Shown piece by piece: positions 36,415 to 44,303 of a DNA stretch of 64,000 bases; positions within the stretch are counted from its first letter, which is position 1, and every line of letters starts with the position of its first letter. The notes under the pieces were generated by a model. That model ran no database searches, was not told the DNA's origin, and was given only the letters and a program-made list of their open reading frames with translations. The position numbers and the translations under genes were made by a program. The DNA is taken from positions 1-64,000 of the IMG/VR virus record IMGVR_UViG_3300008954_000029; one strand, written 5' to 3'. Source of the DNA: a virus.

Positions 36415-37356
36415 TTATTCTTCGTTAAGTTCTTTAATAATTTCGCCGAGTTTCAGGCCTGCGCAGTCAATCTTCTTCTTGGAAAGATTGAAGTGACAAA
36501 CCACTCCTTTGAAGAGGCCCTTCGCCGAATCTACGTGGTATCGCGTAATGTAGTCGCCCTTGGAATCTCGCGGACAAGCAACGGGAATGTTGTAATGCGC
36601 GCATAAAACACGCAATAACTCTTGATACGCCTCCAATTGCTTTGGGTAGTACCCTAGGTGCGGAGGGTGCTTGCGTCCGTGGGTGTAGGACTCATCAAGG
36701 ATGGGTCGTCGCCCAAAGCCCTTTCTGGTATACCACTTCTGGTACTTCGCATAATAGGCGTTGCTGAAATCTATCCCAATACTGATGTTATTGGCTCCGC
36801 GGGCGTGCCACGCAATGTCGTTGGTGTCCATCATCTGGTAGATGGTGCCGTCATTATCAATCACAAAGTGGGAAGAGATTTCTCTCTTCTTCAAAATCTT
36901 AAAACAAGAATGTGCTGATAACGCAGCATCCCAATGGGTTACAATCATCGTCGGTGTGCGGCCGGCGGGAGCCTGTTTGTAACACGCCTCGGGGAGCACA
37001 AGAGCACCCTCCTCGGTCATCGTCACAACATTACAGTTGATGGGGACTTGGACGCCATCACAAACGATGTGATCAACAGTCACCGTCTCTGGGGCAGGTG
37101 TCTCCACCACCTCAATGTCTTCTGATTCGCGCTTGGTCATAGCCCTTCTGTATGTAGTTGGGCCTACCAAACCATCCACAGCCAACTTGTGCTGATTCTG
37201 GAAAATCTTAACCTGTCGCACTAGTTCAGAGTCAAAAGTGTCGGCCCCGAACCAGGACGGATCCCAGCCGTTCTTCTCCGCTGATTCTTGGTTATATTTA
37301 ATAATATCTACGAACTTCATTTTTAAACAACTAAATAATTTCGTCCACAATCCCAT
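36415..37356 (-). CDS. endolysin: peptidoglycan-binding domain plus N-acetylmuramoyl-L-alanine amidase
   Basis: FQ.QHKLAVDGLVGPTT; IVTHW, SSHFVIDNDGTIYQ, AWHA, N.SIGI, H...K.DC. Confidence 0.88.
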   Translation of the reverse strand: MGLWTKLFSCLKMKFVDIIKYNQESAEKNGWDPSWFGADTFDSELVRQVKIFQNQHKLAVDGLVGPTTYRRAMTKRESEDIEVVETPAPETVTVDHIVCDGVQVPINCNVVTMTEEGALVLPEACYKQAPAGRTPTMIVTHWDAALSAHSCFKILKKREISSHFVIDNDGTIYQMMDTNDIAWHARGANNISIGIDFSNAYYAKYQKWYTRKGFGRRPILDESYTHGRKHPPHLGYYPKQLEAYQELLRVLCAHYNIPVACPRDSKGDYITRYHVDSAKGLFKGVVCHFNLSKKKIDCAGLKLGEIIKELNEE

Positions 37357-37975
37357 ACTTTAAAGCCTGCTCAGCGTCAAAATAGACGTTCATCTTCTGG
37401 TCTAGAATCTTCTTTATCTGCCTCTTCTTCAACTTGCTCTCTCTCGCCAGGGCTGCGAAGTATCTATCCTGCATCCATTTGAACTCATCAAACTCATTCT
37501 CCAAACTATAAATGGAGCCGTGATGACCTGCTGAGACGCTGTGGAGCATCAGACGACAATTGGCGCCGATGCGCCGGCGTCCCTTAGTTCCGGAAGCCAG
37601 AAGTAGCACGCCGGCAGACATCACCTCGCCTAGGCCGAGAGTGCCGATTTCACAGTCCTCTCTGACCACGCGCATTGAGTCGTAGATCGCGAACATATCG
37701 GCCGCAGATCCACCACCTGTGCAGATGATGAATTCAATCGGTTCAATGAACTCCTCTTCGGTCTCCGGATCAATTTCTCTGCCGGTCTCTCTCATCGCAA
37801 AAAGAGAATAGACCGTCTCCATACCCTTTTCAGGACCAATGTCTCCATAGAGGCCGATAGTGCGGATCTGTGGAGGTCCCGGGGGGATGATGATAGGAGG
37901 AAGCGAAAAGTCCTCCTCTGGATCGGGCTCTGCGCAGTGATGGCAGTGGCCCGAGACACATTTTCTGGATTTCAT
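37331..37975 (-). CDS. clpP: ClpP protease subunit
   Basis: GGS, VMSAG, LMLHS, YFDAEQALKYGIVDEI. Confidence 0.9.
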   Translation of the reverse strand: MKSRKCVSGHCHHCAEPDPEEDFSLPPIIIPPGPPQIRTIGLYGDIGPEKGMETVYSLFAMRETGREIDPETEEEFIEPIEFIICTGGGSAADMFAIYDSMRVVREDCEIGTLGLGEVMSAGVLLLASGTKGRRRIGANCRLMLHSVSAGHHGSIYSLENEFDEFKWMQDRYFAALARESKLKKRQIKKILDQKMNVYFDAEQALKYGIVDEII

Positions 37976-38299
37976 TTAGTTTCCTTTCTTGATTAGACGA
38001 AAAGTGCCGTTCTTCTTCAACTGATAGAACGTATGAGGGAACTCTCTTACCCACGCATTCCACTCTCTTTCAGAACCGAACTCCTTGCGGTAGCCGAGAA
38101 TAACTCTCTTATTCTTCGGGGAGCCTCCCTCGACAAACTGCTTCCAATCCTGAAACAACTTGATGATCTTGTTTTGTTTTCTCTTTGGGATGCCAATCAG
38201 TTCCAATTGAACCTTGTAGGCTGATTCCTCTTCTTCTCGCGAATCCTTCCAGGCGTATGCTTCAATCATTTTATCACCTATACTCTTATATAGTATCAT
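37976..38299 (-). CDS. hypothetical protein
   Basis: Coupled ORF. Confidence 0.55.
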   Translation of the reverse strand: MILYKSIGDKMIEAYAWKDSREEEESAYKVQLELIGIPKRKQNKIIKLFQDWKQFVEGGSPKNKRVILGYRKEFGSEREWNAWVREFPHTFYQLKKNGTFRLIKKGN

Positions 38300-38697
38300 T
38301 ATTGCCTATTCTCCTCGTCGAACGATCCAAGCACGTATCTCTGAGCACTTGCCCAATCGCTAAACGGCAAAAGGCCGTGCATTTGTCGCGGATAGGAGGC
38401 AAAGAATTGCCGGATTACATTTTGTCGCCAGGTATGTAGCGTGCGATCATCGACCGACCTTACGAAATCAATCTCCTTCTTGGTCATTCCAGCTTCTTCA
38501 AGATATTCATACTTCTTCTTGCAAAGAAACTCGATATCAGTGTTCATGCTATAAGCGAGCGTAATGATGCGCTTATTTAGTTCATCAAACACGATGTTCA
38601 TTTGACCAAAATTAATCAGATTGTGTAGGAATTTGTAAGTGACTGCGCCCCCTACGAACCATAGAAGGCTATGAACAAGTTGTGTGCTAATCTCCAT
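38299..38697 (-). CDS. membrane-anchored hypothetical protein, leaderless
   Basis: N-terminal TM; TTGACG-N17-TATTCT-N7-ATG. Confidence 0.6.
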   Translation of the reverse strand: MEISTQLVHSLLWFVGGAVTYKFLHNLINFGQMNIVFDELNKRIITLAYSMNTDIEFLCKKKYEYLEEAGMTKKEIDFVRSVDDRTLHTWRQNVIRQFFASYPRQMHGLLPFSDWASAQRYVLGSFDEENRQ

Positions 38698-38751
38698 GTT
38701 CTAAAGAATAACACAGAGAGGGTGGGTCGTCAAGTAAAAAATGAAATTATC

Positions 38752-39288
38752 TTACTTTTTTGCTTCGCGGACAAGACGGGCAGCGACGCGACGAGTCAGT
38801 TCCTCGACGAGATCTGCGGGGATCTGGCGACCTTCCTCTAGGTCGTCGTCCTCTTGCTTGGCGGCATAATCGCCCTCTTCCAACTCGTCGGCCCCTTCGA
38901 GAGGCTCAACATCAGAGCCAAGCTCAGCCTCAAGTTCGGCGCCGGCGTCCATTGGAACTTCCTCGGCGGGGGGCTCGCCGCCCTCAACACTGACATCTAC
39001 GCCAGTCACATCACCGATAGCATCGGCAATGGCGCCGACGAGCGCCTCGACGGTCTCAGGATCTACATCAACAGCAGGACCCTCGACTTCCAGGGGAGCA
39101 ACGTCACCGGTGGCTTCGAGATCGTCGACTTCCGGGGCTTCATCAGCGAGAGCCGCTAGGGGGTCAACCTCTTCCTCTTCTTCATCCAGAGTATCAACAA
39201 AATTCTCCGTGAGGTTATCCAGGGTAGCGAGCTTCATAAAGCGTCGAACGGTGCCCTCGGAAAGTAGTGGTGATTTGCGGCTGCTCAT
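38752..39288 (-). CDS. highly acidic protein, putative prohead core/scaffold-type
   Basis: LLSE.TVRRFMKLA, many LxE sites, RRVAARLVRE; ACTACTTA variant at 39328-39335. Confidence 0.55.
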   Translation of the reverse strand: MSSRKSPLLSEGTVRRFMKLATLDNLTENFVDTLDEEEEEVDPLAALADEAPEVDDLEATGDVAPLEVEGPAVDVDPETVEALVGAIADAIGDVTGVDVSVEGGEPPAEEVPMDAGAELEAELGSDVEPLEGADELEEGDYAAKQEDDDLEEGRQIPADLVEELTRRVAARLVREAKK

Positions 39289-39340
39289 GTGTTATTTCTC
39301 CTTAAAACAATAGCAAGTTGTCATTTATAAGTAGTCTAAG

Positions 39341-39601
39341 TTAGTCTAAACGGCCGTTATTTATTATGCCCTGATTCTTCAATCTCTTCCTCATCTTAAC
39401 CTTCAAAGAATCCTCAATCTGCTTGACGCGGACAAAACTTATGCCTAGTCTTTCCGAAACTTGTCGCAATGTCATTCGGCCGTGTTTCGCGACGGCAATG
39501 TCGGTACAATTTAAATCTTCCTCAAACTCTATCCATAAACGACACTCTTCGTTCGGACAACTAACTTCGTGCTTTACGCACGTCTTTGCGCATTCTCTCA
39601 A
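39341..39601 (-). CDS. stand-alone sigma-70 region 4 HTH with Cys-rich N-terminus
   Basis: MTLRQVSERLGISFVRVKQIE; five Cys. Confidence 0.75.
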   Translation of the reverse strand: MRECAKTCVKHEVSCPNEECRLWIEFEEDLNCTDIAVAKHGRMTLRQVSERLGISFVRVKQIEDSLKVKMRKRLKNQGIINNGRLD

Positions 39602-39927
39602 AATGTATCTTCTCCTGATTCTATTAAATCAAATATATTTTCTAATTCATCGTCGGAAAAGGCGAATTTATGAGCCTCTTCCTTTCCTTTTTCAATTAAC
39701 TTTAATGTCTTCTCTCTCTTAATACGACTCTGAATCTTATTCTTCTCTTTATAATCTTTGATGTATTGAAGAATTAAATCATTGTTCTCTAAATACCCAT
39801 CGACCATCGCCTTAAAAAACTTAACCTGCGAAAGATCATCGTGCCGAAGACGGATACGAAGATCTACGTGCTTCTTCTCTTCAATTACGAAGGTTAAATT
39901 CTTATGGTCCTCAGGGTATCTATTCAC
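39598..39927 (-). CDS. hypothetical protein (possibly ribbon-helix-helix-like)
   Basis: Coupled ORF. Confidence 0.55.
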   Translation of the reverse strand: MNRYPEDHKNLTFVIEEKKHVDLRIRLRHDDLSQVKFFKAMVDGYLENNDLILQYIKDYKEKNKIQSRIKREKTLKLIEKGKEEAHKFAFSDDELENIFDLIESGEDTF

Positions 39928-40979
39928 CGTCTATCCAAGATGTGCGTTGAACTCTCAAACTGGCCAGCGGCCGTCTGACGGATCAGTTCCGACTTCATCC
40001 ACAATTGCTGAATTGTAGCCGCCCCACTGTAAGAGAAGCCCGACAGAATGCCGGCTCGGAGACCCTCCAAAATACCAGAAGCCGCACCTACGCACGGGAC
40101 TGTTGTTGAGACACCCTCAGCAAAAGTACAACTTCCCCGCCATTCAGTCTGAGCCTCAGAGGAAGCCATCCCACGATACACCTTTTGTTGGTGCCCATTC
40201 ACCCTAACATACTCGCCAGGCGCCTCCTCTGTACCAGCCAGCAGCGAACCAACCATAGCAAAGTCGGCACCAGCAGCCAAGGCCTTAACAATGTCGCCTG
40301 AGTTCTTGATCCCTCCATCGGCTATGATGGGGACATCGTATTCCAGTGCGGCACACTCAGCAATGGCTGTGATGTTGGGAACGCCGTGCCCTGTTTGGAG
40401 GCGCGTAGAACAGATGCTACCTCCACCGATTCCGACACGAACACTATCGGCACCCCACTCACTAAGAGCCCGATAAGCATCTACCGTGGCCACGTTGCCG
40501 GCCATCAGATGTACGTTTCCTTGAAACTCTTTCTTCAAGGACTCAATAGCGTCACGCACCATCACGTGATGGCCGTGCGCTACATCAATACAAATGACTT
40601 CGGCTCCTGCCTCCACCAAGGCCTTGGCTCGTAGAATGTAATCCCCTGTAACACCGACCGCTGCCCCAATGTGGAAAGGGGCAGTAGCATTTTCCCTAGC
40701 ATTCTTGACTAACTCTGCCTGTTCCTGTACGGTATTGTATCGGTGTATGATACCTAGGCCACCAGCATCCGACATAGCAGTCGCCATTCTGGAACCACAT
40801 ACCGTATCCATCGGGCTAGCGATAATAGGCAGGCTCAGACGAATAAAGTCGTCCAAATCATTCCCAATGTTTATCTCTGTGCGACTCTTAATCTCGCTGT
40901 ACTTTGGGACGAGCAAAACATCGTCATAAGTGAGTGCTGGTATGGTCATTGTTGTTCCTCCGGGCCGTGTTCGGGGCAT
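39924..40979 (-). CDS. guaB: IMP dehydrogenase / GuaB family, no CBS domain
   Basis: [40 protein letters not shown]. Confidence 0.92.
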   Translation of the reverse strand: MPRTRPGGTTMTIPALTYDDVLLVPKYSEIKSRTEINIGNDLDDFIRLSLPIIASPMDTVCGSRMATAMSDAGGLGIIHRYNTVQEQAELVKNARENATAPFHIGAAVGVTGDYILRAKALVEAGAEVICIDVAHGHHVMVRDAIESLKKEFQGNVHLMAGNVATVDAYRALSEWGADSVRVGIGGGSICSTRLQTGHGVPNITAIAECAALEYDVPIIADGGIKNSGDIVKALAAGADFAMVGSLLAGTEEAPGEYVRVNGHQQKVYRGMASSEAQTEWRGSCTFAEGVSTTVPCVGAASGILEGLRAGILSGFSYSGAATIQQLWMKSELIRQTAAGQFESSTHILDRR

Positions 40980-41182
40980 AGGAGGCGAATGTTTCCAGTC
41001 TCAAAATCACACTCCACTCTCCAACTATTAACTGTCTCGCGAGTTCGCTCAAAGGGAGCGTCACAAACCGTACAATTGGAGGGCATGTTCTGCATGTGTT
41101 CCAACTGTTTAGACATTCTTTTAATAGCGTCCTTCTCCTGCTCTCTAGCCTTCCGGCGTCTTATCCTTCTTCCTAAGTTCAT
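40946..41182 (-). CDS. small Zn-finger protein
   Basis: CTVC...LCPEH. Confidence 0.6.
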   Translation of the reverse strand: MNLGRRIRRRKAREQEKDAIKRMSKQLEHMQNMPSNCTVCDAPFERTRETVNSWRVECDFETGNIRLLCPEHGPEEQQ

Positions 41183-41628
41183 CGTAATCCCGTTGACCCA
41201 AAGCCGCCGTCCCCTCTTTCAGTCTTCTGGTTCAAACAATCCTCCGTCACCTCTTCGATCTCGCAGGTGATGATCGGAACTAAAACAGCCTGGGCGACTT
41301 TCTGGTTTATCTCGACTCGGCGGCAGGTCGTTCCAATATTGTGCAAATTGACGAACACTTCTCCGTCATACCCGGCATCGACCACGCATGCACCAACCAC
41401 AAGCTGCTGCCTAAAGGCAATGCCTGACTTGTTCTTGACCTCTAGCATGTGGTTGTCTGGCACCTCCACTTTAATTCCTGTCGGGACTAACCTCGTCTCA
41501 CCGGGGTGGATGGTGATACCACGATCCGTCTCCTTCCCATCTGGACAGTAAAACAAGTCCATCCCCGCATCAGTCGGGTGGGCTCGGTGTGGTAGTCTTG
41601 CGTTTTCTCTAATCCTATAAACTCTCAT
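41179..41628 (-). CDS. dut: trimeric dUTPase
   Basis: DAGMDL, KSG, VDAGYDGE, RGDGGFGSTG. Confidence 0.95.
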   Translation of the reverse strand: MRVYRIRENARLPHRAHPTDAGMDLFYCPDGKETDRGITIHPGETRLVPTGIKVEVPDNHMLEVKNKSGIAFRQQLVVGACVVDAGYDGEVFVNLHNIGTTCRRVEINQKVAQAVLVPIITCEIEEVTEDCLNQKTERGDGGFGSTGLR

Positions 41629-42329
41629 TACAATGTTCTCCTATGAAGGTCCAAAAACAAATCTTTTTGTTGTGTTTCTACAATCTGCGCAGCAATCTCA
41701 TTTACTGCGTCCTTTCTTGCCTCGGTCGTTCCTCGGTCAGCATCCCACGGAACGTGAATGGTGTGTACCCCTTGTCCAGTTAGCACACCAACCATGTGAT
41801 TAATTTCTCGATCTAACTCTCGCAAGTAATTGATGTCAATAACATTCTCACACTTGCGGCCGGTCTGCGACTCCATCCTGCGACGGATCCTCTCCGCTGC
41901 GACCTCTGGGCTCACCACGAGACGCACACATACGCTAGGTAGCAGGACGCTCGCAGTCATAGCGTGATAGATACTACGGTAAGTCTCAAACTCATTCTCA
42001 CTCATCGCACCAGTCTTGACTTGTAGGCGCGCAAACGAGGTATCGCCAAAGTAACTTCGGTCAAGAACGGCGTGACCTTGTTTGTTCATCGCATACCACT
42101 GAGCCTGTAAGTGCATCATATAGCGTGCTTGAAGCAAATGAACTTGCATTGTGAACGCCCACCTCTCCTGGTTCTGATAGAAGGAGGCGAGGTAAGGATT
42201 AGCATTGTCCTTCTCATCCGGCTCCATCAGGGTGAGGGTGTTTTCGCCAAGAGCCTCACCAAGTTCCCTCGAAAGAGAACTCTTGCCGGCCCCAATCAAA
42301 CCTTCTACGATTACTACCTTGTTGTTCAT
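41628..42329 (-). CDS. deoxynucleoside kinase
   Basis: EGLIGAGKSS, EP, DRS..GD..F, RI..R. Confidence 0.88.
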   Translation of the reverse strand: MNNKVVIVEGLIGAGKSSLSRELGEALGENTLTLMEPDEKDNANPYLASFYQNQERWAFTMQVHLLQARYMMHLQAQWYAMNKQGHAVLDRSYFGDTSFARLQVKTGAMSENEFETYRSIYHAMTASVLLPSVCVRLVVSPEVAAERIRRRMESQTGRKCENVIDINYLRELDREINHMVGVLTGQGVHTIHVPWDADRGTTEARKDAVNEIAAQIVETQQKDLFLDLHRRTL

Positions 42330-43318
42330 CCCAACATCCTAAATGTGTGTCTAATAGATCGCGTACTAAATCCCCATTGGTCGCTGTAATCCAGCTTAGC
42401 CATGTAGGGGTGGTTCAAAATAATCTTATCTCTCGCCAAATTGGCGTTCCAGCACTTGATAGTCTCAGCGCTACTCGTTGAATCAATAGTCTTGATAATC
42501 AAGAAGTTCTTTCCATTCCTCGTCTTCTTCTGAATCACCTCTCTCGGGATAAACCAGGCAACCCCCAAGTTATCGTCCCACTCGCCAAGCGGAGGAACCA
42601 TGTGTTCTTCCAACTTGCGGAGAATGTGTTCGTCCATCACCAACTCAAAGGGAAAAACCCCAGTCAAATCAACAAGATACTGGATCTTCTCCTCGTCTGT
42701 AAACTCTCCTTCGCTCGCATACTTCTTGATGTTTTCAGTGAGGTTCTTTTCCTTTCTTGGACGATCAACCGCTACGGCAGTCCAAAAATGCTTCGCCCCA
42801 CTAAACCTCTCGTCGATGAGAGAGGACAAGGCGCCTGCTCTCGTCAATGCGTCCAAAGCCTTCTTATTCAGTTTACTATAAACAATACCCTCATTAAAGA
42901 TAAATTCTTCAACAGTGTTGAAAGGCCTATTCGCAATGATTTGATCAATTGCGGCATCACCCAAGCCCTTGATTGAAGTGAGAGGCTGAATGAGCGTCTT
43001 GTTGTCGGACGCAATCTCCCAAACTCTTCCTGAGGAATTGACGTCAAGCGGTTGTAGCTCAAACCCGTACTTCCGCGCCAAGTTAATGGCCTTCTCCTTC
43101 CTTCCCTCAGGCTCCTTATCCAAGAAAGCCGCCATCCATTCAGCAGGATAAGAGTTAAACAACCAAGCACACTGGAACGACAGCATTGAATAAGAAATGG
43201 CGTGACTATTGCTCGTCAGCATCCCATTCGCCAAGTAAAATTGGTGGTCTTTGTGTGCGACTTCTAGATCGCAAACATCCATTTCCCCTACTTCTTCAAA
43301 GGCAATTATCTTCGCCAT
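42326..43318 (-). CDS. dnaE: DNA polymerase III alpha, C-terminal part with split intein C
   Basis: 37-aa IntC ending LANGMLTSN, then SHAISY; IKGLG HhH. Confidence 0.93.
   Translation of the reverse strand: MAKIIAFEEVGEMDVCDLEVAHKDHQFYLANGMLTSNSHAISYSMLSFQCAWLFNSYPAEWMAAFLDKEPEGRKEKAINLARKYGFELQPLDVNSSGRVWEIASDNKTLIQPLTSIKGLGDAAIDQIIANRPFNTVEEFIFNEGIVYSKLNKKALDALTRAGALSSLIDERFSGAKHFWTAVAVDRPRKEKNLTENIKKYASEGEFTDEEKIQYLVDLTGVFPFELVMDEHILRKLEEHMVPPLGEWDDNLGVAWFIPREVIQKKTRNGKNFLIIKTIDSTSSAETIKCWNANLARDKIILNHPYMAKLDYSDQWGFSTRSIRHTFRMLG
43208..43318 (-). mobile_element. split intein, C fragment
   Basis: Blocks F/G: VCDLEV...HQFYLANGMLTSN|S. Confidence 0.9.
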
Positions 43319-44303
43319 AACATTCTCCCAATTTGAATACGCCAGTTTGTTTATTATCTACTATTTCTCTAATTTTGTCAAGAACTTCCTGCCTAATTCT
43401 GCCAGTCGAATTAGCCCAGCACACGTATCCGACTCTTATCAAACACTTGTTTTTACCAACAACAATCTGCTCAACAAGTTTATCGCGACTGCGCGTTCTT
43501 GCAATGCTTTCTTCAATCCTAATGCTGCCTACTTTTTCTTCTCTTCCCAGGTTCTCAAAATGGAAGGGTCCATCTACTTCAATGTAGATAAGGCGATCTT
43601 TGGAGCGAAAATCAATTTGTTTCCTGTCGCTGTGGCCGGCCTCTTCAAATCGAACGGAGCGCAACATCTTTCCCCACTCAAAAACACCTGAATACTCTTC
43701 TTCCAGCCATTCTAACAAGAACTTTTCCGGCTTTGTCTTCTTCCATTGTTTTGGCGCCGCCAGCATCCTTTCGGTGCATCGTTTTCGGAATTTCCCAGGG
43801 TTCTCCCTCCTCCATTTGGCCAGTTGTTCGGCGCGCTGCTCTTGTATGTCCTTTCTTGCAGAAGTCTTAATCGCTGTTCGCGATGCTCTCTCCCTAAATC
43901 CCTTGGTCTTGTTTAATTCTCCAAGCAAGCGCGCACGGCGCTGGCGCTCTTCCGGAGAAGCCATAATGCTTGCGGAAACGGCGCGTCGCTGTCGCCTCTT
44001 GTAATTCAGAGAGCACGCCTCAATCCCCAATTCCTTTGCTCTCCGTTTGTTGATTTGGTGAAGTTTGTTTAAATGACTGTAAAGAGAAGCCGATGCATAC
44101 TCGCAGTAGGGGCACTTTACAAAATCACCAATCTCCAAGGCTTTCGAGGAACATTTCTCGCAGTTTCTCCGATGGAGGTGAAAAGAGGCCATTGACGGAG
44201 GTTCATAGCCACATACTATACAATCTCTAACTCTCTCTCCAAGATCTCCTTGATCGGCAGCATCTGACCGCACTTCGTCCTGAACTTGTGGTCCATCGTG
44301 CAT
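43296..44303 (-). CDS. free-standing Vsr/DUF559-like homing endonuclease with Zn fingers
   Basis: CIVC..H, CPYC..H..H, TKPE, IDF...IEVDGPFH, RD, LIR. Confidence 0.8.
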   Translation of the reverse strand: MHDGPQVQDEVRSDAADQGDLGERVRDCIVCGYEPPSMASFHLHRRNCEKCSSKALEIGDFVKCPYCEYASASLYSHLNKLHQINKRRAKELGIEACSLNYKRRQRRAVSASIMASPEERQRRARLLGELNKTKGFRERASRTAIKTSARKDIQEQRAEQLAKWRRENPGKFRKRCTERMLAAPKQWKKTKPEKFLLEWLEEEYSGVFEWGKMLRSVRFEEAGHSDRKQIDFRSKDRLIYIEVDGPFHFENLGREEKVGSIRIEESIARTRSRDKLVEQIVVGKNKCLIRVGYVCWANSTGRIRQEVLDKIREIVDNKQTGVFKLGECYGEDNCL

